The position numbers were made by a program, and so were the translations under genes. The notes under the pieces were generated by a model that saw only the letters and a list, made by a program, of their open reading frames with translations, did not search any database and was not told the origin of the DNA. From IMG/VR virus record IMGVR_UViG_3300022753_000047: a stretch of DNA of 64,000 nucleotides; one strand, 5' to 3'. This DNA comes from a virus. Its lineage: Duplodnaviria > Heunggongvirae > Uroviricota > Caudoviricetes. Every line of letters starts with the position of its first letter. Within the stretch, counting starts at the first letter, position 1. Of the stretch, positions 45,697 through 54,540 are shown piece after piece.

Positions 45697-46833
45697 TTAT
45701 CGCAAATCTTCTCGGATATCCCGCAGAACATCTGCGCCCATTTTTTCGTTGATATGTTTGATGATGCCGTCGATGGCATCCTTTTCTACCATGCGGTAGT
45801 AGTTGTAGTAGCCGTCCAGAACCTGAACATCATGCTTATCCCAAGAGACGCCATTTCTGCGATCCAGAATGTAGCTGTGCAGCATACTCTGGAACTGGCG
45901 CTTTCTCTTGTGGCCGACAGTGATTTCGTTGTCCTTGTTCAGCATCACTCCGAGATTCCAATTCCGTCCTGCGGAGGAACCATATCTCGTCTTGGCACTG
46001 TTAATAGTGAATGGCGCATTGAACTCGGCCAAAACATCCACAACGGCCTTTTCAATCGCCCTCACATCAAAGGTGTACTTTGAGGAGATGATAAAATCGT
46101 CGGCATATCTTGTGTATGTATAGCTCTGCTTTTCAAAATCCCTAAACTTATTTGCCAACTTATAATCAATAGGAATCATCATAACATTGGTGATAAGCGG
46201 AGAAATCGGGGTTCCCTGCGGGAGACCACCATTCAGAAAAGCCAGTTCAAGAGCAGTTCTCAGTTCGCTTTTACCGATCTCGTACTTGACGATTTCACTG
46301 AACGGAAAAATCATACTGAACTGTTGCATGACAAAGTCAATGGTTGTACTTCCAAAGAAGTTGGACAGGTCATACTTACCAAACCACTTGCTGTCATTTT
46401 TCTGGTGACGCTTTACTGCATCGATTGTGCTTCTACCTTTCACATATGCAAACGCAGAAGTGTGATAAAGCGTGTGGAAATACTCTTCAAAGATGGTTTT
46501 CAGCCTTCGGAGTGCATCCATCAGTTCCGGCTGTGGGGCATCAATTCGGCGCAAGCCACCGCTTTTCTTAGGAATATAGAAAGTGGTGTAAATATCTTCA
46601 CGCTTTTTCTCACGAAGCGTAGCTGTGCTCTCATTGAAACGAACCAGATGCTGAATCAGCTCGGTTACATCAATGCTGTCCTTAAAACGATTGCTGATAT
46701 GATCGAACTCATAGGTTCTTGTGTTGCCAATATTACGATTGACGACCGGACTGTCTTCATAAGACTTAAACAAAAATTCCTCCAGTGTCATCTGGTGATA
46801 CATGGGGGATTGCATGACTGTGATGTAAACCAA
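45697..46833 (-). CDS. reverse transcriptase (retron/UG-type, not group II or DGR by motifs)
   Basis: RT motifs LPQGTPISPLITN (QGxxxSP) and YADDFIISS (YADD). 378 aa. No maturase (X) domain. Annotated start is TTG; the first ATG is at codon 7. Confidence 0.8.
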   Translation of the reverse strand: MVYITVMQSPMYHQMTLEEFLFKSYEDSPVVNRNIGNTRTYEFDHISNRFKDSIDVTELIQHLVRFNESTATLREKKREDIYTTFYIPKKSGGLRRIDAPQPELMDALRRLKTIFEEYFHTLYHTSAFAYVKGRSTIDAVKRHQKNDSKWFGKYDLSNFFGSTTIDFVMQQFSMIFPFSEIVKYEIGKSELRTALELAFLNGGLPQGTPISPLITNVMMIPIDYKLANKFRDFEKQSYTYTRYADDFIISSKYTFDVRAIEKAVVDVLAEFNAPFTINSAKTRYGSSAGRNWNLGVMLNKDNEITVGHKRKRQFQSMLHSYILDRRNGVSWDKHDVQVLDGYYNYYRMVEKDAIDGIIKHINEKMGADVLRDIREDLR

Positions 46834-47228
46834 CTTTTACACCTCTTTTCATATTAGGATTTATCTGTAACCAACACAGGTATTGGATGTCGGCGATGAT
46901 CTTAAGAAGGATCGTATTTACCTGGATTACGAGAGTTCAGAGGCAGAAAGTCAAGAGGCTTTACCAGCGAAATTAAATAATTTTGCTGGAAAACCGCCAG
47001 CGGATGGCGGGCGGGTGACGAATCCGACGCGTCTTCGGCCCGTCGACCTTCCAACGGAGGTGGTTCGAGTCCTGATGACGACTCAACCCTGCTGCATCGA
47101 GCTGCAGTCCCGGGCTCTCATCTGGGGCTTCTCCTCCTCATTCTCCACAAGTTGTTACTTCAGCTATCGGCGTGAAGCTCCTCTTACACGAAGAAGAAAA
47201 TGCGTTACAGATATTGGTGTGTTTAGGG
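46834..47228 (-). ncRNA. candidate RT-associated structured ncRNA (retron msr-msd-like) bounded by inverted repeats
   Basis: 395-nt ORF-free segment. Perfect 10-bp inverted repeat: tatctgtaac at 46862-46871 (28 nt upstream of the RT start) and gttacagata at 47204-47213. GC-rich internal hairpins CCGCC..GGCGG, CTGCA-N6-TGCAG, GACGCGTC. Confidence 0.4.
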
Positions 47229-48068
47229 TCACACCAAACCCAAAAGTGCAAGGATTTCTTCGGTTGTTCCTACAGCCATAGGCTGTACATCAAACGGGAT
47301 CAGTTCATAAATTCCGTCTGCAATTTCCTCGACCTTGGCATCAAGACGAATTTTGCAGGTCGGTCGAATACCATGTGCTCTTGCCGGGGTGCTATAACTG
47401 ACATACCCCATTCGGTCAAGAATGCTTACCGAACTGGCGAAACGATCATGTTTATCAGCAAGGAAGTACGGCATGAACTGAACCTCGCCCTCGTAGCCAG
47501 TCATCCGACCTTTTCTATCGATCAGGTCTACGGATGGATGGGCACGAACACCCTTTTTCTTGAACAAGTTGAACTTGCTGTCCCCGAACACATCCGCCAG
47601 TTTGGGGAGACGGATTTTAGAAGTGATCTGGTCTTCACCAACTGTGAATGTCTGCGGAAGAATACAATTCAGCTCAAATTCCTCGAAGTGATAGAGGAAG
47701 CCACAGTGATCTGCGTATGTACCGATATGACCCTCAATGTCACTATACTGTCTGCTCGGGGCGTTATCGTTTGTATGCTGAGGGATATACCAGGAAGTTT
47801 CGGTGCTGTTCAGGAAACAGTGGATGTTGGAGAGCAGGTAATTCGGATTACCGGGCCCCATGTATGTAGAGCCGTTGTCTCTTACGGCCTGTTCTTTTGC
47901 GTCAAAACACAGGAAATCCAGCGTGTTTGTAGCGATAAAATCGCCGTTTGGAGTTGCTTTCGTCCACGAGATAGGCACCGGCTCGGCCAGATTATCAACG
48001 CTATACTTGCCAATGAGCACTTTGCTGCCCTGACGCAGACTCTTTACTGTCGGTTGCACGATGGCCAC
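47229..48068 (-). CDS. hypothetical protein (candidate effector or receptor-binding-like protein)
   Basis: 279-aa ORF immediately upstream of the RT-associated non-coding region, on the same strand. Confidence 0.5.
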   Translation of the reverse strand: MAIVQPTVKSLRQGSKVLIGKYSVDNLAEPVPISWTKATPNGDFIATNTLDFLCFDAKEQAVRDNGSTYMGPGNPNYLLSNIHCFLNSTETSWYIPQHTNDNAPSRQYSDIEGHIGTYADHCGFLYHFEEFELNCILPQTFTVGEDQITSKIRLPKLADVFGDSKFNLFKKKGVRAHPSVDLIDRKGRMTGYEGEVQFMPYFLADKHDRFASSVSILDRMGYVSYSTPARAHGIRPTCKIRLDAKVEEIADGIYELIPFDVQPMAVGTTEEILALLGLV

Positions 48069-48092
48069 CTCCTATTGCTTATTTCTTACCGA

Positions 48093-48764
48093 TTAAAACG
48101 CATCCAGCATGAACTTGAAGGAGTCGGCAAGGATCAGCTTCTTGATGCCTTTGCCGTTCCAGAAGTTCATGAAGTTTGCAACACCCAGAGCACAGATAAC
48201 CCACACAGTGGGGGCAACAGACAGGGTGACATTGCAGGCAGAGACAGGAGTTTCCTCCTTTGCCTCGTCATGAGTGAAGTTCATGGAGGCCAGGAAGTCC
48301 TTCTTCATCTTGTAGTCAGTCCAGTCCGCAGCATAATGCTGGGCGTCTTCCAGACGGGTTCTGAAGTCAAACATCGCTTTGACATAAGGATTGTCGATAT
48401 GCTTCTCGACGATCTGCTTGCGCAGTTCGATGTTGTCTACGCAGAGGAAGACATAGCCGGAAAGCTGCTGACCAGTCCAGCCCTTTTCCTGGAACTTCAG
48501 GTCGTCGGTAATATCGGGATTGATCTCCGACAGGATATCGGCCAGAGCATTGATTTTGCTCACACCAACATCTTTCTGTCGGAACATCTGATTGGCCAGA
48601 TTCTTAGGCTCGACCACATCAAAGTCCCACAGGGTCATCTTGGTCACGCCAGCTCTGGCGAGAAGGACAGCCACGGTGGAGCCAACGGAACCGCATCCGA
48701 TGATGTGGATGCGGTCGTCGTTCTTTTCGGGCTGGAAAAAGTCATAGCATTTGGACAAATCCAT
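48093..48764 (-). CDS. ThiF/MoeB-family E1-like adenylyltransferase
   Basis: Rossmann motif RIHIIGCGSVGSTVAVLLARAGV with DFD downstream. 223 aa (adenylation domain only). Confidence 0.7.
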   Translation of the reverse strand: MDLSKCYDFFQPEKNDDRIHIIGCGSVGSTVAVLLARAGVTKMTLWDFDVVEPKNLANQMFRQKDVGVSKINALADILSEINPDITDDLKFQEKGWTGQQLSGYVFLCVDNIELRKQIVEKHIDNPYVKAMFDFRTRLEDAQHYAADWTDYKMKKDFLASMNFTHDEAKEETPVSACNVTLSVAPTVWVICALGVANFMNFWNGKGIKKLILADSFKFMLDAF

Positions 48765-48780
48765 CTTTTACTCTCCTCTC

Positions 48781-49734
48781 TTATCGGTAGCCGAAGGCAC
48801 TGTAAGGGTTCTCATAGTCGTCATCCTCGTAGTCGAAGATGGACTGCTGGTCGCAGGCATTAGCTGCAGCGGCACCCTTCCAACCCGCGCCGATCTGCGT
48901 CTTAGGCTTTTCCTTCTTATTGTCTTTTTTGCCCTTATCATCCTTTTTGCCGCTGGCGGGAGTGACAGGGGGCGCTCCGTTTGCAGGAGCGGGAGTGCTG
49001 GACAGCGGATTGTATGGCTTGCCGTACTGCTGACCACCATACTGCTGACCGTACTGGCTTCCGGTGGTGGGAGCCTGATAACGGTAAACCTTATCCTTTA
49101 CCATTTCCTTGGCATCCTTAATGAACGCATCGAAACCAACGGCAGCATCATAGATTTTGACATCGATGTCACCATCCTCAAACAGAATGTTCTTCTGGAG
49201 GTCATAAATCTTGATGTTGCGCTTGAAGGATTTGTTGTAGATCATGAAGATGTAGAAATCTTCATTGTTGAGCTGAGCCAGAATTTCCTCCTGATGACTC
49301 AGGTCAACACCGGAGGGATTGGGAGCCATATTCACATGGGAATGACCTTGCATATGAATGTTGTAGAACCGCTCGTCCTCGTCATTTTCCATCAGCCAGA
49401 TGGCATACTTTTCAGTATCCATCTCGACCGTAGAACCGGTGACTTCCTGCGGATAAACGAGAATATCCTGAATGAGATACTCGTGAGCACCCTCGGTATC
49501 CAGACGATGGGCTACACCGTGCCACGCCACTTCCTTGCTGAACTCCTGCAGAAGCATGAGCATCTTCGTCCATGCCTCGGCAGTGAAATAGATAGTTGCT
49601 TTCTGCTTGTCGATGCTGAAAGTCTTGGTGAAAGAAATCTTGCCATCGGCCAGCTTTGCATTCTCCAATGCTTTCTCAAAATCGATGCGACACTGGTCTT
49701 TATACTCCTGTGTCATACGAATGATCTTACTCAT
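48781..49734 (-). CDS. JAB/MPN (JAMM) metalloisopeptidase with C-terminal Gln/Tyr/Gly-rich low-complexity tail
   Basis: JAMM motif EVAWHG...HSHVNMAPNPSGVDLSH (E, HxH, x7 S, x2 D). Start trimmed to MSKIIRMTQEYK. Confidence 0.7.
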   Translation of the reverse strand: MSKIIRMTQEYKDQCRIDFEKALENAKLADGKISFTKTFSIDKQKATIYFTAEAWTKMLMLLQEFSKEVAWHGVAHRLDTEGAHEYLIQDILVYPQEVTGSTVEMDTEKYAIWLMENDEDERFYNIHMQGHSHVNMAPNPSGVDLSHQEEILAQLNNEDFYIFMIYNKSFKRNIKIYDLQKNILFEDGDIDVKIYDAAVGFDAFIKDAKEMVKDKVYRYQAPTTGSQYGQQYGGQQYGKPYNPLSSTPAPANGAPPVTPASGKKDDKGKKDNKKEKPKTQIGAGWKGAAAANACDQQSIFDYEDDDYENPYSAFGYR

Positions 49735-51193
49735 GCGCTGCTTCCTCCTGTTCTTCCGTCCCATTAGCCGCCTCCTGTTCCTCAAGCCACTTGATTGCGG
49801 CAGCGGGCTTAACATAGCTGCCGTCCGGCAGTTCGATAATGCTCTTTCCGTTGCCATAGAGGCTGTTCATGAACCTGCTCATGACGGTAGAGTCGCCCCA
49901 GTTCAGGCTCTTGCAGGATGCGATACACTGCTCAAGGGCGCCGATGTAGTTGTTGTCTTTCAGCAACTGATTGATGGTGCGCTCATAACCACCCATACAG
50001 TGGAAACTGTTGATGTGGGTATTGGGCATACAGTTGCCGAACTCTGCCGGAAATTCATGGTCAGTCAGTGCGGCAACATTACCGTTCAGGTTAAACCGAT
50101 AGGCTGCGCAGAACTTGATGCGCAGAGTTTCATCGATGAAGATAGCCTTAATCAACTTTGCCATCTTTTCGGGAGCAATGGAGCCTCGTGCGCTGTTGTA
50201 CACGAAACTTCTGTTGTTGCCGAGGATGCGCTCGACCATGTCCTTGTCGAAGTAGGAGAGGTAGTCCGCAACGCAGAAGTACATCTCCGTATTGGTGACA
50301 TGCTCCAGATAGAGCTTGTTGTTGCACAGGAAGTAGTCCATGATCTCGGAGTCTTCGCCACCCTGTGCAATCTTCTGCTCAAGGCCGAGCAGACGGATGC
50401 AGTAGTCACGGCGAACATTGTACTGAGAACCAATAGCCTCATTCAAACGCTGGATTTCATTGTCCGTCTGGGTGATCTTGTTGCGAACCTTGTCACACTC
50501 GATTTGTTCGTAGCGATGCTCAAACCCGGCAAGCATCTGACGGATTCTCGCCGTTCTGAAGTCGTACTTCTCGGCAATCTGCCGGATACAGGCTTCATAC
50601 TTTTCGGATGTGCGCTCCTTGAGAGACTGGATCAGCTCCATCTCAAGCTCGGAGATACCCGCCTCGGGGTTGAAATACCAAGGCATAGCAGGTAGGATGG
50701 CCATCTGCAGGTAGTGCATTTTCTTGATGTCCATGCTCTCCGTGAACAGAACCACATTCTTCTTCGTGGGGTTCACATAGCAGATAACCGGGAAAGACTT
50801 CTTAAAAAAGGCCGTCATCTTATCGAGTCGGTAGTAGCCCTCATACCGGTCGGTAAAGCCCTTTTCGATAATCTTCATGTTGGCAAGATTGCTTTCCTGC
50901 GAAGCCTTGAAGTTATGTACGACGAACACGCCGTTGGAGCTGAGGTACATCGAACTGGTGATGGCTTTCACGCAGTCACTCACCGGAATGCCGTTGATTT
51001 GGCTCGTCTGGTAATTGCTGCTGGTGAACTGCAGGGTGATGCTGTCCTCTGCACCGATGCGAGGCGCCAACAAAGCTCTCAGCGTTGCGAGGAACGAAAT
51101 ATCTGACAGGTATGCGTCGCCGTTGATGTTCTGGAAAAACGAGTTGGCAACATCAGAAGTGAGCGGCGTTTGAGAAATCGTCGTCTTGAACAT
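49727..51193 (-). CDS. hypothetical protein (488 aa)
   Basis: Long ORF upstream of the JAB and E1 genes, with no recognised motif. Confidence 0.5.
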   Translation of the reverse strand: MFKTTISQTPLTSDVANSFFQNINGDAYLSDISFLATLRALLAPRIGAEDSITLQFTSSNYQTSQINGIPVSDCVKAITSSMYLSSNGVFVVHNFKASQESNLANMKIIEKGFTDRYEGYYRLDKMTAFFKKSFPVICYVNPTKKNVVLFTESMDIKKMHYLQMAILPAMPWYFNPEAGISELEMELIQSLKERTSEKYEACIRQIAEKYDFRTARIRQMLAGFEHRYEQIECDKVRNKITQTDNEIQRLNEAIGSQYNVRRDYCIRLLGLEQKIAQGGEDSEIMDYFLCNNKLYLEHVTNTEMYFCVADYLSYFDKDMVERILGNNRSFVYNSARGSIAPEKMAKLIKAIFIDETLRIKFCAAYRFNLNGNVAALTDHEFPAEFGNCMPNTHINSFHCMGGYERTINQLLKDNNYIGALEQCIASCKSLNWGDSTVMSRFMNSLYGNGKSIIELPDGSYVKPAAAIKWLEEQEAANGTEEQEEAAHE

Positions 51194-51228
51194 ATAGACA
51201 CCTCACTTAATAATCGCTTGGTGGGGGA

Positions 51229-51314
51229 TATCGGGGTCGAACCGATACGGTGAAACACCAGCGGAACTTAAGTCCGCTGCGTCTGCCAATTCCGCCAATC
51301 CCCCATGAAAAAGG
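51229..51314 (-). tRNA. tRNA-Leu (UAA)
   Basis: Acceptor GGGGGAT/ATCCCCC. D-arm GGCGGAATTGGCAGACGC. Anticodon loop CTTAAGT. Long variable arm. T-arm ATCGG-TTCGACC-CCGAT. CCA encoded. Confidence 0.75.
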
Positions 51315-51356
51315 CCGCCCCGAAGGGCGGCCATGGGGTTATGTACGCCGGGTGGC

Positions 51357-51587
51357 TTAGGCGGCGTTGTCCGCCTTAACCACATTCAGCAGGAAGCACT
51401 TCTCGGTGATGCCGAAGGAAGCGAAGGTCTTGTCCAGATCGCCGGGGTTCAGGGAAGAACCATCCAGGTGCATCACGCCACGGGTGTAGTCGATGCCGTT
51501 GGCCTCCAGGGCGGCACGCAGGGTGGTGTTCTCGTCGATGATAACGGACTCGCGCTTGACATTGTTGCCGACAGTAACCTTAATCAT
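51357..51587 (-). CDS. hypothetical small protein (possible beta-grasp/ThiS-MoaD-like, lacks C-terminal GG)
   Basis: 76 aa. MIKVTV...NTTL..L......ID pattern. Confidence 0.35.
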   Translation of the reverse strand: MIKVTVGNNVKRESVIIDENTTLRAALEANGIDYTRGVMHLDGSSLNPGDLDKTFASFGITEKCFLLNVVKADNAA

Positions 51588-51638
51588 AGTAGTAGTCTCC
51601 TTTATTTCATGAAATTTTTTGGATTGATTGATGATTTA

Positions 51639-51663
51639 GGGGTGGGCAATTACGCCCACCCCG
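51639..51663. terminator. GC-rich hairpin between genes (weak terminator or RNA stability element)
   Basis: GGGGTGGGC-aattac-GCCCACCCC is a 9-bp stem. A-run nearby on the minus strand. Confidence 0.35.
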
Positions 51664-51672
51664 AGGGGGTCA

Positions 51673-52077
51673 TCACTGAGCGACGGAGATGTTCTCCATC
51701 ACAGCGTCCTTCTCAGCCTTGACCTCGGCCAGGGCAGCCTCGAACTGAGCCTCAACCTTGTTCAGGTTCAGGATGGCGACACCGACAGCGTCAGCCACAT
51801 ACTGCTTGGCATCTGCCACATTGCGGGGCAGAGTCATAGTGATGGTGGCCAGCTTGGCCTCGTCGTGGGTCACGCTGCCGAAGCTCGCACCGTACTGGGT
51901 GATACCGCCCTCACCGGTAGTGGAACCGACCTTGAAGACTTCCTCTTTCTTGCCGTTCTCACCGGTCTCGTACAGGCACAGAGCCTTGGGACGATACTTC
52001 TCCAGCAGCTTGATGTCCTCCAGCTTCTGAGTGGAAGTGATGACGACAGCGTCGCCTGCGATAGTGATCTTTGCCAT
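51673..52077 (-). CDS. hypothetical protein
   Basis: 134-aa ORF. Confidence 0.4.
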   Translation of the reverse strand: MAKITIAGDAVVITSTQKLEDIKLLEKYRPKALCLYETGENGKKEEVFKVGSTTGEGGITQYGASFGSVTHDEAKLATITMTLPRNVADAKQYVADAVGVAILNLNKVEAQFEAALAEVKAEKDAVMENISVAQ

Positions 52078-52275
52078 GGTTATGTACTCCTTTTATACAA
52101 AATGTACTCCATTCAGCCATTCCTTTCGGAAGCCCACCCATACCACGAGGAGGCGGAGCCGTTATGGGCATAAGAAAGGCCACCCCTTACAGGGTGGCCG
52201 AGAAACTTGGTAGGCAATCGGCGTTTTGCCCTCCTGTACGGAGTTGCGAAAACGCCTCGCTATTAGGTTTTTTGG

Positions 52276-52935
52276 TTAGAAGCTGAAGCCGAAAGACACG
52301 CCAATACTGTAGCTGGCGGCGTAGTAGTAGGCGTTGCCGTTGGTGTAGACAAAACAGAAACTAGTGCTGTTGCTCGAACGAGGAGAACGCAAGAACCTAC
52401 CGGTTCTTTGTCCGTTGCAGAGCTTGTACCAAGGCACATCCTCCATACGGTAGTATTCATACCATTTACCCTCGCCAGGAGCAGAGTAGATGTTTCTGCC
52501 GAACACCTCTTTTTCAGAGGTGACGAAGAACTTGTTCACAGAGCGGGTCAGAGTGTTGGTGCCGTCGTAAGTTTCTGCTGTCCACTTGACCACAGGTTCC
52601 GCAACAGCAATGATGTCATCAGGGATAAGTCTGAAAATATCACCATCAGCATCATTCATCTGATGGCACAGGTGGGAGGCACCCCAGTTGCCCTGGTTGG
52701 TATCCCGTCTGTTCATATAGTAATACTGCGGCAGACAATCCACCAATTCCCACGACAGAGGCAGGATCGAACCATCCTCTGCTTCGTCATGGTTGCGACC
52801 AATGATGTGGAACTGAGCAGGGGTTCCGTCCTTGAGTACGACATTCTTATAGTCACCAGCTTCAAAAACGAGGGGCGCCATGCTGCCGTATCCCTTGAGC
52901 GAGTGCCATGAATAATCGTCTAAGCATCTTGCCAT
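52276..52935 (-). CDS. hypothetical protein with aromatic C-terminus
   Basis: 219 aa, ending YYYAASYSIGVSFGFSF. Confidence 0.45.
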   Translation of the reverse strand: MARCLDDYSWHSLKGYGSMAPLVFEAGDYKNVVLKDGTPAQFHIIGRNHDEAEDGSILPLSWELVDCLPQYYYMNRRDTNQGNWGASHLCHQMNDADGDIFRLIPDDIIAVAEPVVKWTAETYDGTNTLTRSVNKFFVTSEKEVFGRNIYSAPGEGKWYEYYRMEDVPWYKLCNGQRTGRFLRSPRSSNSTSFCFVYTNGNAYYYAASYSIGVSFGFSF

Positions 52936-52944
52936 GATTTATCC

Positions 52945-53583
52945 TCACTTTCTGGTGACTTCCATTGCTCCGGTCGTACCTTCATCATCCACATCGAGAT
53001 ACGGGTACTCCACATATGATTCCTCACCGGTTTCTTCGTCAGTGACAAATGTAGGGCGATAAACGGAGATCAGATGTTCCTCGGCCAGAAGCATACAGAA
53101 CGAATCGAGCAGTTCTTCGATGATGTCTTTCCCGTACAGTTCAGTGATTTGGCTGGGGCTGTTGCAGTTGAGAACGACTTCAAGGAAGTCCTGCATAGCA
53201 AATGTGAGGGCATCCTCTCTTTCGTAAATCTCATCTTCCATCATCTGCATTTCCATCTCTGCAGTGATTTCTTCTTCGTCCTCTTCGAGATCGGACTGGA
53301 AGCTGTACTTGGTATCATGCACAACAACCGGGAACAGATACTTCAGGTAAATCTGTTTGGTTGTCAGTTCACTGTCAGCCGCAGAGACAGCGCCCTCCTC
53401 GTATAGCTTGGTATCTTCCTTATAGACAGACAGGAGGGGGCATCCGTTTTCTTCGGTCAGATAAACTGAATGACAGGTTTCCTCATTTTCGGCAATCGCC
53501 ACCATTTCATTTTCCAAGCGTGCCTTGTTCTCTGAGAAGAACGGCCATACTTCTGTGGGTTTCAGATGGATATTCACGCCCAT
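52945..53583 (-). CDS. hypothetical acidic protein
   Basis: 212-aa ORF. Confidence 0.45.
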   Translation of the reverse strand: MGVNIHLKPTEVWPFFSENKARLENEMVAIAENEETCHSVYLTEENGCPLLSVYKEDTKLYEEGAVSAADSELTTKQIYLKYLFPVVVHDTKYSFQSDLEEDEEEITAEMEMQMMEDEIYEREDALTFAMQDFLEVVLNCNSPSQITELYGKDIIEELLDSFCMLLAEEHLISVYRPTFVTDEETGEESYVEYPYLDVDDEGTTGAMEVTRK

Positions 53584-53609
53584 ACTGGCTACCTCCTTAA
53601 TATTTCAAA

Positions 53610-53685
53610 TGGTCTGAGTGGTGGGACTCGAACCCACGACCTCATGGGCCCAGGCCATGCGCTCTACCAACTGAGCTACACCCAG
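53610..53685 (-). tRNA. tRNA-Pro (UGG), with C at position 33
   Basis: Acceptor CTGGGTG/CACTCAG (G-U at 4-69). Anticodon stem CATGG/CCATG with loop CCTGGGC. T-arm GTGGG-TTCGAGT-CCCAC. CCA encoded. Confidence 0.6.
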
Positions 53686-53819
53686 ATAAAAGTGACCAGC
53701 TTTTCGATCCAACCCAATGGGAAAAGGAGTAGTTGTGAGGGGACACAAAGGAGAGGGGTTTGGGTACTGGTCATGAGGATTCTATGAGTAAAGAGAGAAA
53801 AGAGGTTCCCCTTTCGGGG

Positions 53820-53910
53820 TGGCGGAGCAGACTGGACTCGAACCAGCACGCCCTTTCGGGCTACTCACGGTTTAGCAAACCGCTGCCTTACCAGTTAGGC
53901 TTACTGCTCC
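53820..53910 (-). tRNA. tRNA-Ser (GCU)
   Basis: Acceptor GGAGCAG/CTGCTCC. G73. Anticodon loop TTGCTAA. Long variable arm. CCA encoded. 91 nt. Confidence 0.7.
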
Positions 53911-54148
53911 ATATGTGCGCTTGCCGCTTAGATTGTCATATCGTCTACTTGAGAGTAAAGGTCTCGTTCGTAAGCAACCGTGTATACCCAGTTGCTCCGC
54001 AGTTTTCAGCGACCATTGTTATTCTTCGTGAGGTGATGCGCTACGCTCACATCAGACGGGAGCTACCCGTCAACCGGGAAATCCCACCTTTCGGACGCAT
54101 CCTCCAGGCAGTTGCAAGCCCCACAAGCATCTGCAACTTTTAAGGGTC

Positions 54149-54240
54149 TGGCGGAGGTGGTAGGATTTGAACCCACGGACGGCTCGCACCGTCAACGGTT
54201 TTCAAGACCGCCGCCATAAGCCAGACTCGGCCACACCTCC
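54149..54240 (-). tRNA. tRNA-Ser (UGA)
   Basis: Acceptor GGAGGTG/CACCTCC. G73. Anticodon loop CTTGAAA. Long variable arm. T-loop TTCAAAT. CCA encoded. 92 nt. Confidence 0.7.
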
Positions 54241-54243
54241 ATA

Positions 54244-54522
54244 TTAAACGCCAAGAAATGCCGCAATATCGGCACTTTCAGCCGTATCGAAATCCGGCAT
54301 TTCTTTTTCAACAAAACAGTTTCCACACCAAGTGTGGTTCCCGTCGTCAATGTCGATGCTGTACCCATAAGTACCGAAAGTATCATCCATGTACTTGTGC
54401 GTGATTTCTGCTTGTCTGGACACATATTCGTCCATGGTTTCCACCCAACTAAATGGGCAGTCTTCGTATGGGGTATCTACGACAGTTACAATGTCGCCAA
54501 CTTCAAACTCGTTGTAGTTCAT
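54244..54522 (-). CDS. hypothetical acidic protein
   Basis: 92-aa ORF. Confidence 0.4.
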   Translation of the reverse strand: MNYNEFEVGDIVTVVDTPYEDCPFSWVETMDEYVSRQAEITHKYMDDTFGTYGYSIDIDDGNHTWCGNCFVEKEMPDFDTAESADIAAFLGV

Positions 54523-54540
54523 AAGACCACCTCTCAGTTG

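Noticed and set aside
45312-45752. 146-aa plus-strand ORF downstream of the RT
   Set aside because: Arg/Ser/Ala/Pro-rich translation of a 65-70% GC segment. It overlaps the RT 3' end on the opposite strand and has no RBS or motif support.
45697-46833. Group II intron reverse transcriptase/maturase
   Set aside because: Only 378 aa with no X/maturase or endonuclease domain. No domain V-like hairpin (GAGC...GAAA...GTTC) is recognisable in the flanks.
45697-47228. Diversity-generating retroelement (DGR) interpretation of the RT locus
   Set aside because: The gene order (protein gene, non-coding region, RT on one strand) superficially fits a DGR. However, the RT has QGxxxSP rather than the SQ reported for DGR RTs. 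No template/variable repeat pair with adenine-specific differences could be found by eye between the intergenic region and the 3' end of the upstream gene. The 10-bp inverted repeat flanking the RNA fits a retron better. Kept as an alternative to test.
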